DNA of 64,000 nt, taken from positions 134,057 through 198,056 of the forward strand of contig CBDFLV010000002.1 in assembly GCA_965249245.1 (NCBI GenBank), in the 5' to 3' direction. A program made the translations under genes and the position numbers. The notes under the pieces were generated by a model, which saw only the letters and a program-made list of their open reading frames with translations, did no database searches and was not told the DNA's origin. This stretch comes from Acidobacteriota bacterium. GTDB taxonomy: Bacteria > Acidobacteriota > UBA6911 > RPQK01 > CBDAPI01. Shown here piece after piece: positions 38,849-47,927 of this stretch. The first letter of the stretch is position 1; each line of letters starts with the position of its first letter.

Positions 38849-40762
38849 ATGAATCGTCCAGCTCTGTGTCTGCTGATCTATTTCCTGGCGGCCCTTCCGT
38901 CCCCGCGCGCTTCCCAGCGTTTTGAGGTGCTGGGACCCTACGGAGGCGATGTCCGCTCGCTTACCGTGCACCCTCAGTCCCCGCAACGTTTCTTCCTGGG
39001 AACGGCAGACGGTCAGATTTACATCTCTCGAAACGCGGGAGATTTGTGGGAAAAACTTAGCCCTGGATTGAGCCGACGGAACCTGGTCGTCGACAACCTG
39101 GTCTTCCACCCTTCGAGCCCTGGCGTTCTCTATGCGGCGTGTTGGGAATTGAGCAGTTCCGAGGGGTTGCTCTACGTGACGCACGACGCAGGCAGTTCCT
39201 GGAAGACAGTTGATCTGGGCCGGTTTTCGAGCCGCATCCGCGCCATTTCGATTGCGCCGTCGGAACCACAGGTGCTGGCGCTGGGCATCTCCGAAGGGGT
39301 CATTTTGAGTGCAGACGAAGGCCGCTCCTGGCAACGCATCACCCGGGGGTACAAGAGCCTTCACAATGTTGAGTCCCTGGCCTTCGACCCGCTGGATTCC
39401 GAAGTTCTGTACGTAGGAACATGGCGATTGGGCTGGAAGACGATCGATCGAGGGCGAAACTGGGTTGCGATCCACAACGGGATGCATTTCGACAGCGACA
39501 TGTTTGCCCTGCTGGTCAATCCCTCCAGTCCGGACGTGCTTTATGCGAGTGCGTGCACCGGGGTCTATCGGTCTCTCAACGGTGGAGCTCAGTGGGTAAA
39601 GCTCAGTAACGGTCTTCCCAAAGAAGCCAGGCGAACTCGATCGCTACATTTTGATCCAACCGACCCTCGAGTGGTATTCGCCGGTACAACCGTAGGCCTT
39701 TTCAGGTCCACTGATGGAGGCAACTCATGGGAACAACTGCTGAAAGGGGAGGTGATCAACGCGGTCTCCATTCATCCCGCCGACTCCAATGTGATTCTGG
39801 CGGCCGCCGATGATGTTGGTATTCTCCGCAGTCGAGACGGGGGCGTTTCCTTTGAATCCGCCAATCAGGGCTTTGTGCATCGCCAGATTCAGGCCCTGGC
39901 ATCCCATCCTGGCAACCCTGACACGCTCTTCGCGGCGGTGGCTTCCGATCGGGCCCACGGTGGATTCTTTCGCACCCGCGATTCCGGAAGGGCCTGGGAA
40001 CGTGCCAATGAGGGCTTGGATGGAGATCATCCCGTCCGCGGAGTGCGCCAGATTCTACCCTCGCCCGAGGGGGACGAAGTCCTCCTGGTTCTCCGGGACC
40101 AGATCCGGCGTCTGACCCCGGATGACGGCTGGCAGACCGTATTGAAACCTGGTAAATTGACGATTCACGATGCTGCCTTCGCGGGGCTCGAAAGTGACCG
40201 GGTCGCTATCGGTACGCCCTCCGGGGTCGTTCTCCTCCACCTCGACACCGGCAAGCTTGCCCCTTCGATCATACCGGTCTACGAGGGTCCCGTCTGGGCC
40301 ATGGCCTCCGCCCCCTCTGGATCCATATTCGCCGGTGGCAACACGGGTGTATTTCGGAGTGACGACCGGGGTGGGAGTTGGATCATTAAGGTCACAGGAC
40401 TGCCCCCCGTGGCCGTGCGGCGCCTTGTTCGCTCTGCCGAGGTCCTGTTGGCGGCTACCGACCAGGGACTCTTCCTGAGCCGTGACAACGCAGAGAGCTG
40501 GTTGGCCAGGGGCCTTGCAGGAGCCGATCTGTTCACCGCGGCTGTCAGTCCTCGCGATCCTGACTGGCTCGTGGCAACCGACAAGACGGGGCTCTTTCTG
40601 TACGAGAGTTTCGACGGCGGCGGCAACTGGACCACGCATGAACCTCACCGCTCGAGTCGCATTCACCACTTGGCTTTCGCTCTGGATGGACGTCTTTGGG
40701 CGGGAAGCCTGACCGAAGGAGTGTACCTGCTTCACCCACCGTCGCTCCAGATTGAAAATTGA
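38849..40762 (+). CDS. BNR/Asp-box repeat beta-propeller protein (Ycf48-like/sialidase-like), secreted
   Basis: Signal peptide MNRPALCLLIYFLAALPSP and multiple S.DGG.SW-type motifs (SxDxGxxW): THDAGSSW, SADEGRSW, SLNGGAQW, STDGGNSW, TRDSGRAW, SDDRGGSW, SFDGGGNW. The ORF-track start at 38699 is an upstream read-through. Confidence 0.7.
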   Translation: MNRPALCLLIYFLAALPSPRASQRFEVLGPYGGDVRSLTVHPQSPQRFFLGTADGQIYISRNAGDLWEKLSPGLSRRNLVVDNLVFHPSSPGVLYAACWELSSSEGLLYVTHDAGSSWKTVDLGRFSSRIRAISIAPSEPQVLALGISEGVILSADEGRSWQRITRGYKSLHNVESLAFDPLDSEVLYVGTWRLGWKTIDRGRNWVAIHNGMHFDSDMFALLVNPSSPDVLYASACTGVYRSLNGGAQWVKLSNGLPKEARRTRSLHFDPTDPRVVFAGTTVGLFRSTDGGNSWEQLLKGEVINAVSIHPADSNVILAAADDVGILRSRDGGVSFESANQGFVHRQIQALASHPGNPDTLFAAVASDRAHGGFFRTRDSGRAWERANEGLDGDHPVRGVRQILPSPEGDEVLLVLRDQIRRLTPDDGWQTVLKPGKLTIHDAAFAGLESDRVAIGTPSGVVLLHLDTGKLAPSIIPVYEGPVWAMASAPSGSIFAGGNTGVFRSDDRGGSWIIKVTGLPPVAVRRLVRSAEVLLAATDQGLFLSRDNAESWLARGLAGADLFTAAVSPRDPDWLVATDKTGLFLYESFDGGGNWTTHEPHRSSRIHHLAFALDGRLWAGSLTEGVYLLHPPSLQIEN

Positions 40763-40789
40763 AAATTATTCGCCTCGCTCATTGCGGCT
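40750..40789. repeat. Heptamer array (GATTGAA/AATTGAA) plus the conserved motif ATTCGCCTCGCTCATTGCGGCTCC
   Basis: cagattgaaaattgaaaattattcgcctcgctcattgcggctcc. The array supplies the last codons (LQIEN, stop) of the upstream gene. Confidence 0.8.
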
Positions 40790-40976
40790 CCTTAACCTGG
40801 GAAATTCATAAGTTTTCGAAGCGAAGGGCCGCAAGCGCCGCGCTGGCAAGGCTTTACCTCCGAGGGCACCGCAGGCATAGTCGTGACTCTGTCGAGGAGC
40901 CCGAGGAGGGGGAACGCAGCCAGCGCGGATGATGGGGGCGCTGCAGCCGACAACTTATGAATTTTCCGGGTTAAGG
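40790..40976. repeat. MITE-like or structured-RNA-like repeat element, copy B (about 187 bp)
   Basis: Terminal inverted repeats CCTTAACCTGGGAAATTCATAAG / CTTATGAATTTTCCGGGTTAAGG. The core is homologous to copy A (GAAGCGAAG...GCGCTGGCAAGGCTTTAC...CCGCAGGCATAGTCGTG...CGAGGAGCCCGAG...AACGCAGCCAGCGCG...CTGCAGCCG). Confidence 0.7.
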
Positions 40977-41019
40977 GCGGGGTTGCTCACAGCCAGATCG
41001 GAACTCGAAACAGGGGCAT

Positions 41020-41052
41020 CAACTTTCAACCTTCAACTTTAAACTTTAAACC
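41020..41052. repeat. Tandem heptamer array (CAACTTT, CAACCTT, AAACTTT)
   Basis: caactttcaaccttcaactttaaactttaaacc. Confidence 0.8.
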
Positions 41053-42017
41053 TAGTGGTTGGCCGGAACGACGCGGGTCTTGGAAAGATGGTCGTGCCAG
41101 CAGAGTTGTCGCCGGTCAAAGAGAGCCCAGAGCAGTCCAACCAGGCTGGCCGTCACGGCCAAGAACGACAATACCCGTAAGACTATGTCGGAGAGCCTCG
41201 GCCTCTTCCGTTCCTCCCCCACCAATGATAACTCCGTCGCCAGCATGCCCAGCGTCTGGCCTGAGAGGTAGAGCAGGAAGGTCGAGCTGAAGAGAAAGAA
41301 CGCTCCCGCAGTCATAAGAGTCTCGCTCAACAGCATCTCCGACATCACGCCGGCTCCGGTAGCCAGGGAAGCCACCAGGACAGTGCTGCCTCCGGCCACC
41401 ACGGCCGCCAGCACATCAATCAGACCGCTCAGCATGCGGGAAAAGAGAATCTCCGGAAAGACCGTCACTTCAATTCGATCAGGCTGCTCGGGTTGAGATC
41501 TGAGTGTCAGACTCTTCTCCATCCGGGGCCGGTCCAGTCGCAATCGACCTTGACGCTTGTCAAGAGCCGCTTTTCCGCCAGTCTTCACGACAGGTCGAAT
41601 CACCGGTTTCTCGCGCGGTGCCGCCCGGCCTTCTGGTCGATACGTGAGGATCCTTTCGCCGGGGGCCGAATTGCGCCCGCTCATTCGATAAAGAAAGGCG
41701 CTCGAATCCGGAGCTGAGCCTCGATTCACACCTGATTCCCGGCTCTCAGATTCCGCCAGTGAGCGGCTTAGGGGCTCTAGGGCGGTCTCCCGGGTTGCCG
41801 GCTCTTCGGAGGGAAAGGGAGCGCTCCTGCGCTTGTGACGGTCCAGTTTCTCTAGAATCTCCTGCTTCCACTCGGAAGCCTGGTCGGCACTGTCGGATCG
41901 ACTCGAGAACTGGTAGGGGATTACCGGAGGGAAGGGGCCTCTGGTGGCGGCATCCTCGCTCCGACACTTCGGACATTGACCATTCAGAAGGGGAGTCGAA
42001 CAGCGAGCACAAACCAC
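41052..42017 (-). CDS. RDD-family membrane protein with an N-terminal zinc ribbon
   Basis: N-terminal CARC...CPKC, a long low-complexity linker, then C-terminal TM helices with the RDD motif (LWALFDRRQLCWHDHLSKTRVV). Confidence 0.65.
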   Translation of the reverse strand: MVCARCSTPLLNGQCPKCRSEDAATRGPFPPVIPYQFSSRSDSADQASEWKQEILEKLDRHKRRSAPFPSEEPATRETALEPLSRSLAESESRESGVNRGSAPDSSAFLYRMSGRNSAPGERILTYRPEGRAAPREKPVIRPVVKTGGKAALDKRQGRLRLDRPRMEKSLTLRSQPEQPDRIEVTVFPEILFSRMLSGLIDVLAAVVAGGSTVLVASLATGAGVMSEMLLSETLMTAGAFFLFSSTFLLYLSGQTLGMLATELSLVGEERKRPRLSDIVLRVLSFLAVTASLVGLLWALFDRRQLCWHDHLSKTRVVPANH

Positions 42018-42095
42018 CGGTTCATACTAGCACAGGGCTCAGTCACCTCTAGCCCGCTCGCGACTTCCACCAAGACCTGCTACAGCCAAGACCTG

Positions 42096-42425
42096 CTACA
42101 GCCCTTCCAGGATCCCTTCCACCTGGCCGGACGTCAGCGACTGCAGCTTCTCAAGCCGGCGAGAGAGACGCAGCAGTTTCTCAAGGTATTCCTGCTCGCT
42201 GATACTGTCGGAAGCCTCCGCCCTGGCGCGTTGAAACGCGCTCTCGATGTGATCGTGGGGATAGTCTGGAGGAGCCTTCTGAATCATAGCGTTGACGACC
42301 ACCCGGTGCGCCAGATCGATCTTGTACGAGTTGAGCACCCAGAAAGCCACTACAATGCCCAGCCCCGCCACCGCCAGAAGAATACGTGCTCTTGCCCGAA
42401 GGCGGGGAGTGTGCTTTTCGCTCAT
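42096..42425 (-). CDS. Hypothetical single-pass membrane protein
   Basis: 109 aa with an N-terminal TM segment ARILLAVAGLGIVVAFWVL. Its start overlaps the stop of the upstream ORF (ATGA), suggesting translational coupling. Confidence 0.4.
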   Translation of the reverse strand: MSEKHTPRLRARARILLAVAGLGIVVAFWVLNSYKIDLAHRVVVNAMIQKAPPDYPHDHIESAFQRARAEASDSISEQEYLEKLLRLSRRLEKLQSLTSGQVEGILEGL

Positions 42426-42883
42426 AGAAGCCCCAGCAGTTCAAACAGATCTGCATACTCCATTTTCAAACCTCTCGCTCTGGCCTGCGCGATCAGAAAC
42501 CGGAGAGGGAAAGAACGGACCCAGGAAGGGATCCACCACGACTTCTTGCAACGGCCGTGTGCGTATGGATGTTTGGAATAGAAGTCCAAGACCTCCCTCA
42601 ACGCATTGTCGCTGAGCTCCTGTATCTGACGCAGGCCCAGGTCTTTGATCCGAATCGTCTTCCCTTCGCTCGCAACGAACCGGCGATCCAGCTGCTCTTC
42701 AATCTGTAGCCAGTTTTCGCGCGTTGCCTCGACCTTCAAAGCCAATTGATGCAAGGCCTCAGGGTAAGTTGTGTGCTTCTCCCGGATATTCTCGGCCAGC
42801 GTCCGGCAGAGACGATAGTCTGGAAACACGCGGAAGAATTCGCGGACCAGCGCCCGTGCTTCCTCCGGATTGCGCGAACTCAT
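42422..42883 (-). CDS. Hypothetical protein (153 aa)
   Basis: Intact ORF and first gene of a three-gene minus-strand operon. No recognisable domain. Confidence 0.4.
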   Translation of the reverse strand: MSSRNPEEARALVREFFRVFPDYRLCRTLAENIREKHTTYPEALHQLALKVEATRENWLQIEEQLDRRFVASEGKTIRIKDLGLRQIQELSDNALREVLDFYSKHPYAHGRCKKSWWIPSWVRSFPLRFLIAQARARGLKMEYADLFELLGLL

Positions 42884-42885
42884 GC

Positions 42886-43062
42886 ACAGAATTTTAGTAC
42901 TTTGTATGTGTTCAGCGCCTTGCCTTTGCCCGTGCCCGTGCCTTTGCCCTGCCCCCTGCCATCACTGACGACTAACGTTCCAGGCCAGAAAAATGCGAGA
43001 GGTATGACGGGCAAAGGCAAGGGCAAGACGCTAAACACATACAGAATTCTAGTACGAGCAAG
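42886..43062. promoter_or_regulatory. Long imperfect palindrome (about 30-bp arms, about 70-bp spacer) in the divergent intergenic region upstream of queC
   Basis: Left arm CAGAATTTTAGTACTTTGTATGTGTTCAGCGCCTTGCCTTTGCCC. Right arm GGGCAAAGGCAAGGGCAAGACGCTAAACACATACAGAATTCTAGTAC. Confidence 0.35.
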
Positions 43063-43098
43063 ATCCTCGACCAAATGAAACTCTGTTAAGATGACCGC

Positions 43099-43767
43099 GT
43101 GTCCAACTCGGCGGTTTGCCTCGTGAGCGGAGGTCTAGACAGCTGTGTTACGGCGGCTATGGCGTCGCAGGAGAGGAACCGGCTCGCCTTTCTGCATGTG
43201 ACCTACGGGCAAATCACGGCTGCCCGCGAATTGCACGCATTCCACGAAATTGCCGATTTCTACAGGGTAAGGAAGAGACTGGTCGCAGACATTGGATACC
43301 TCAAAGAAATCGGCGGCTCCGCTCTCACGGACCAAAGCATTGCATTACCGGCCGGCGACCCTGACCGCGCGGAGATCCCTGTATCCTACGTGCCTTTCCG
43401 CAATGCCCATCTTCTTGTGATCGCGACCAGCTGGGCAGAAGTCCTGGGAGCCCACAGCATCTACCTCGGCGCAGTGGAGGAAGACAGCTCCGGCTATCCC
43501 GACTGCCGTCTCGAGTTCTTCCGTTGCTTCAACAAGCTCATTGATGCCGGTACGAAACCGGAAACTCAGGTGAGCATAGTGACCCCGCTGATCGCGATGA
43601 CCAAGTCACAGATCGTACTGAGAGGAGAGGCCCTGGGGGCCCCCCTCCATCTGACCTGGTCCTGCTACCGGAACAGCGAGAGAGCCTGTCGTCAGTGCGA
43701 CAGTTGCCTGCTCCGTCTGAGAGGATTTGAGCAGGCCGGGGTCAAGGATCCGATCGCGTACGCCTGA
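43099..43767 (+). CDS. queC: 7-cyano-7-deazaguanine synthase
   Basis: PP-loop CLVSGGLDS and C-terminal Zn-binding cysteines CYRNSERACRQCDSC. Confidence 0.9.
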   Translation: MSNSAVCLVSGGLDSCVTAAMASQERNRLAFLHVTYGQITAARELHAFHEIADFYRVRKRLVADIGYLKEIGGSALTDQSIALPAGDPDRAEIPVSYVPFRNAHLLVIATSWAEVLGAHSIYLGAVEEDSSGYPDCRLEFFRCFNKLIDAGTKPETQVSIVTPLIAMTKSQIVLRGEALGAPLHLTWSCYRNSERACRQCDSCLLRLRGFEQAGVKDPIAYA

Positions 43768-44386
43768 CAACCCGGTTTGATCGTCTCGACCTGTGGGTCC
43801 GGGCTCCCGGCGAACACGACAATCTTTTTCCGTCGTGGTCGGCCCACTCTCCTGATAGGATAGCTGTCGTTCTACCCGGGGCAGCCCGGGCTCCCGAAAT
43901 CGCCCAAACAGTTCGTCGCAGCTACCCAATGCTGGATATTTTCTTAGTCTGTCTGATCATTCTCGTGGCCATGGTGCTCTTCGTCTCCGAAAAACTTCGT
44001 GTGGACATGATCGCCATTCTCATTATGGCCACCCTCATGATAATCGGAGTTGTTCGACCTGTTTTCTTTCGGTTCATCAAGCGGTCTCTGGCTTTAGCAA
44101 CGAGGCCACGATCACGATCGCAGCCATGTTTATTCTCAGTAGCGGGCTAGTGAAAACGGGCGCCATTACCATGATCATCCACAAGCTGATTCAGTTCGGC
44201 GGCAACAGTGAAATGCGACTGTTTCTGGCTCTGATGATCACTGCAGGCACGACTTCAGCGTTCATTAACAACACCGCCGCTGTGGCGGTCTTCATCCCCA
44301 TCACGCTGACCATTTGCAAGCAGCATCAGATCAGTCCTTCGCGCCTGCTGCTGCCACTGTCCTATGTTTCAATCGTGGGGGGAACC

Positions 44387-45748
44387 CACTCTTGTCCAAA
44401 TTAGCCATAAGAGAGGTCGGGTCGACCTCGTAAGATTCGGTTGATCGAATAACCGGACAAGGAGGACCCGACCATGAATCGATTTTGCAGCATTTTCAGT
44501 CAACTTCTCCAGCTTTTTCCTCGCTGGGAGTTTCAACAACTGGTCCTGGAGACCAAAGCCGAGCGCCATGCACGCGGTTTCAGCAGCTGGGGACAGTTTG
44601 TCGCCATGCTGTTTTGCCAGCTGGGCCGTGCTCATAGCCTGCGGGAGATCTGCGGAGGCCTGGCCAGCTGTGAAGGAAAACTGCATCATCTTGGAATCGC
44701 TTCTCCCAAGCGCTCCACCCTCAGCTATGCCAATAAGCATCGACCCTGGCAACTGTACGAAAAGGTTTTTTACCGCCTGCTGGATCGTTGTCTGAGAGAG
44801 ACCGAAGGGCGTCGCAAGAGAAGATTTCGTTTCAAGAATCCGCTGCTGAGTCTGGATGCGACCGTCATCGATCTGTGCGCACAATTGTTTGACTGGGCTC
44901 ATTTTTGCCGAACCAAGGGGGCCGTCAAACTGCATCTACTCTTGGACCACAACGGTTACCTTCCCGTCTTTGCCCACATCACCGAGGCAGCCACGGCCGA
45001 CATCACCGTGGCTCGCCGTCTGAAGTTTGCCGCCGGCACCGTTGTCGTCTTTGATCGCGGCTACAACGACTACAACTGGTATGCGGACTTGACCCGTCAG
45101 GGCGTCTTCTTTGTGACCCGTCTCAAAGACCGTGCCGATTACGAGGTCCTCGAAGACCGCCCGCTTCCCAAAAACCGTCGAGTCGTCCGTGACCAGGTGA
45201 TTTTCTTTCACGGACTGGCCGCCCAGGACAAAACCTGTTTCTTGCGCCTGGTCGAAATCCAAGATCCGCTCTCTGGCCGCCTCGTTTTTTTGACGAATCA
45301 CCTGGATTTCGGAGCCACCACCATTGCCGCAATCTACAAGGAGCGCTGGCAAATCGAGCTCTTTTTCAAGGCCCTCAAGCAGAATCTACGGGTCAAGACC
45401 TTCGTCGGCACCTCGGCCAACGCCCTCAAGACCCAAATTTGGACAGCATTGATCGCTCTGCTGATCCTGAAGTTTCTGCAGCTCAAAGCAACCTTTGACT
45501 GGTCACTGTCCAATCTGGCCGCACTGCTGAGGATGAACATGTTCGTTCATAGAGACTTGTGGAGGTGGTTGAACCAACCATTCAAGTTCCCACCCCTACT
45601 ACCGGAGAGCTCTCAACCCTCCTTCACCTTCTCGTAATCTGGACAGCACAATCGGAGACCTGGACATGAAAAGACTGAAAATCCCGTCCAAGACGCCAAT
45701 AAAATCAAGGGGTTGATGATCGAATCTCAGCTAATTTGGACAGCAGTG
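44387..45748 (+). mobile_element. IS4-family insertion sequence, about 1.36 kb
   Basis: Ends CACTCTTGTCCAAATTAGC ... GCTAATTTGGACAGCAGTG (imperfect terminal inverted repeats). 9-bp target-site duplication GGGGGAACC (44378-44386 and 45749-45757). Confidence 0.75.
44474..45637 (+). CDS. IS4-family transposase (DUF4372 N-terminal plus DDE_Tnp_1)
   Basis: 387 aa starting MNRFCSIFSQLLQLFPRWEFQQLV...GGLASCEGKLHHLGI, with the C-terminal YKERWQIELFFKALKQNL motif. Confidence 0.85.
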   Translation: MNRFCSIFSQLLQLFPRWEFQQLVLETKAERHARGFSSWGQFVAMLFCQLGRAHSLREICGGLASCEGKLHHLGIASPKRSTLSYANKHRPWQLYEKVFYRLLDRCLRETEGRRKRRFRFKNPLLSLDATVIDLCAQLFDWAHFCRTKGAVKLHLLLDHNGYLPVFAHITEAATADITVARRLKFAAGTVVVFDRGYNDYNWYADLTRQGVFFVTRLKDRADYEVLEDRPLPKNRRVVRDQVIFFHGLAAQDKTCFLRLVEIQDPLSGRLVFLTNHLDFGATTIAAIYKERWQIELFFKALKQNLRVKTFVGTSANALKTQIWTALIALLILKFLQLKATFDWSLSNLAALLRMNMFVHRDLWRWLNQPFKFPPLLPESSQPSFTFS

Positions 45749-47118
45749 GGGGGAACCTGCACTTTGATCGGGACTTCGACCAATATCCTGGTCAGCTCGA
45801 TGTCGGCCAACGCGGGACTCGGCGAATTCGGGATGTTTGAACTGAGTCGCCTGGGAATCGTCTTCTTCGCTTTCGGTCTACTCTATCTCACTGTGGTAGG
45901 CCGGTGGCTGCTCCCCGCCGTCAAACCTCCCACTAATCTAACCGCAAAATACCAGATAGGACGGTACTTCACCGTTCTGGTGGTGCCCAAGAAGTCTCCG
46001 CTGGTGATGCAGACGGCGGCCCAGTGTCGTTTGAGCGAGAAATACGATGTCACGATTCTAGAAATCGTTCGAGGGAACGAGCGGATATCATCCGGACTGC
46101 GGGACTGCAAGTTCCACGAGGGCGACGAACTGCTCGTGCGTGGATCCATCCACAGCATCATGGAAATGAACGGAGTGGAGAGGCTATCGATCCGGTCCCA
46201 GATCAAGTATGCCGATCAGGATTTGTCTTCCGATGAGGTGATGCTGGCGGAAGCTGTCGTTTCTCCATCGGCCTCGCTGATCGGCGGGAACCTGCGGGAC
46301 TTGAATTTCAGGCGGAGGTTCGGCGTCAATGCACTGGCCATCAAGAAGCAAGGGGAAACCATCCGCAAGAGAATCGGCGACATCCGCCTGGAAGCAGGCG
46401 ACACGCTTCTGGTTCAGGGGGAGCGGGCTGCTGTGGAGAGGCTGTTGGAAGATCCAGTCTTTCTAGCGCTGCAGGAGTTAGAAGTGCCACCGGTTCGACG
46501 CCATCGAGCTCCGTTGGCGCTGGCTACCGTGGCGCTGGTCGTGGCCCTGGCCGCTTTCGAGGTCATGCCCATTCTCGTCTCAGCCATCACGGGCTGTCTT
46601 GTAATGATTCTGTTCGGCTGTATCAGAATCCAGGAGGCCTATGAGTCGATCGACTGGTTCGTCATCTTCTTGCTGGCCGGAGTCATTCCGCTGGGCGTTG
46701 CCATGGAAAATACCGGTACAGCGGCGTTCATAGCCGACGCCATCCTCCGTGTGAGCGCCGATCTAGGCCCTGTCGCACTCATCTCTGTGTTTTATCTCAT
46801 GTCCACGATCTTTGCTTCGATCATGTCTCATAATGCTGCCGTGATTCTTTTGGTCCCCATCGGCATCGCATCCGCGCATGAACTGGGAGTCAACTCCCTG
46901 CCCATTCTGATGTCGATCACTTTTGCCGCCTCGTCCGCCCTCAGCACGCCGTTTGGCTACCACACCAACCTCATGGTGTATGGCCCCGGAGGCTACCGGT
47001 TTGCCGACTATCTCAAAGTGGGCCTGCCCTTGAATATCCTGCTGTGGCTCCTCGCCTCCCTTCTCATCCCTATTCTCTGGCCTCTCCGATAGCCTGTTCG
47101 CGCTCGCTGCGCTCGCGC

Positions 47119-47173
47119 TGTTCCAACGTTCCAAGTTCCAAGTTCCACTTTGCGCGCTCATTGGCATTCGCGC
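47119..47173. repeat. Heptamer array (GTTCCAA x3-4) plus a TCGCTCATTG-type motif variant
   Basis: gttccaacgttccaagttccaagttccac tttgcgcgctcattggcattcgcgcc. Confidence 0.7.
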
Positions 47174-47321
47174 CTCTGTCCGCCCGGCGACGGCACAATT
47201 GAGCTCCGGGACCGGCCCACAAGCCGCCAGGAACGGCGCCAATCAAGGAAACTGCAGAGGCAGGAACGGCAGTAGCTGCGCAGCAGCGCGGAGGCCCACC
47301 AGTACCATGTACCGCTCGGCC

Positions 47322-47352
47322 CGCCTTGACTTGTCAACAGTTTGGTTATAGA
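47322..47352 (+). promoter_or_regulatory. Candidate sigma70-like promoter upstream of the bactofilin gene
   Basis: cTTGACTtgtcaacagtttggtTATAGAaac. The -35 is good; the -10 and spacing are approximate. Confidence 0.25.
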
Positions 47353-47387
47353 AACAAGGAATCCAGATTAGGGAGCAAGCGAGAGCT

Positions 47388-47927
47388 ATGTGGAAAAAGA
47401 ATGACCCCCGACAGCCGTCCGACGATCATGTGACACCCTCCGTGGCCCCCCGCGTCCTCGATGAACGGGCCACAATCGGTTCATCCATTCTGGTCAAGGG
47501 TGACCTCAGTGGAGAAGAACACCTCCTGATACAGGGGCGGGTGGAGGGACAGATCAATCTGGACGGGAATGATCTCACGGTTGGCTCGCGTGGTCGTGTC
47601 AAGGCGGACATACATGCGAAGGTCATCAGTGTTGAGGGCGAAGTGCGCGGAAACCTCTTCGGCGAGGAGAAGATCATCATACGCAAGACAGGTAACGTGA
47701 AAGGAAACCTCGTGGCTCCCCGCGTAAGCCTTGAGAATGGAGCAACCTTCAAGGGAAGCATTGATATGGGGGTCAAAACGAATCAGGAAGGCCCCGCCGG
47801 CAGGAGCAGCTCAAGAAGCCAGGCTAAAGAGTCTACGAGTCGCTCTGCGGGATCGGCCAAGAGCCTCGAATCGACTCCGAGAACGCTCGAGATGGCCGAA
47901 GCCAATGAAATGGATCTGGTCAAGTAG
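47388..47927 (+). CDS. Bactofilin (CcmA/DUF583) polymer-forming cytoskeletal protein
   Basis: Beta-helical repeat pattern IGSSILVKGDLSGEEHLLIQGRVEGQINLDGNDLTVG...VEGEVRGNLFGEEKIIIRKTGNVKGNLVA, followed by a disordered C-terminal tail. Confidence 0.8.
   Translation: MWKKNDPRQPSDDHVTPSVAPRVLDERATIGSSILVKGDLSGEEHLLIQGRVEGQINLDGNDLTVGSRGRVKADIHAKVISVEGEVRGNLFGEEKIIIRKTGNVKGNLVAPRVSLENGATFKGSIDMGVKTNQEGPAGRSSSRSQAKESTSRSAGSAKSLESTPRTLEMAEANEMDLVK

Larger units (their letters stand above)
43929..47092 (+). pseudogene. SLC13/DASS-type permease with two TrkA-C (RCK_C) domains, interrupted by an IS4-family element and also frameshifted near 44060-44090
   Basis: The N-terminal TM region MLDIFLVCLIILVAMV...GFSNEATITIAAMF...LLPLSYVSIVGGT ends at 44386. 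The C-terminal part resumes at 45758 with CTLIGTSTNILVS, has two TrkA-C domains and a C-terminal TM region, and ends at 47092. A 9-bp duplication GGGGGAACC flanks the insertion. Confidence 0.75.

Noticed and set aside
38642-39487. 281-aa minus-strand ORF.
   Set aside because: It is antisense to the BNR beta-propeller gene (38849-40762), which has clear SxDxGxxW repeats and a signal peptide. This is a typical high-GC antisense open frame with an R/P/G-rich low-complexity translation.
42960-43098. preQ1 riboswitch upstream of queC.
   Set aside because: The context is suggestive, but the preQ1-I consensus (about 34 nt, hairpin plus A-rich tail) could not be recognised by eye. It stays a hypothesis inside the palindrome finding.
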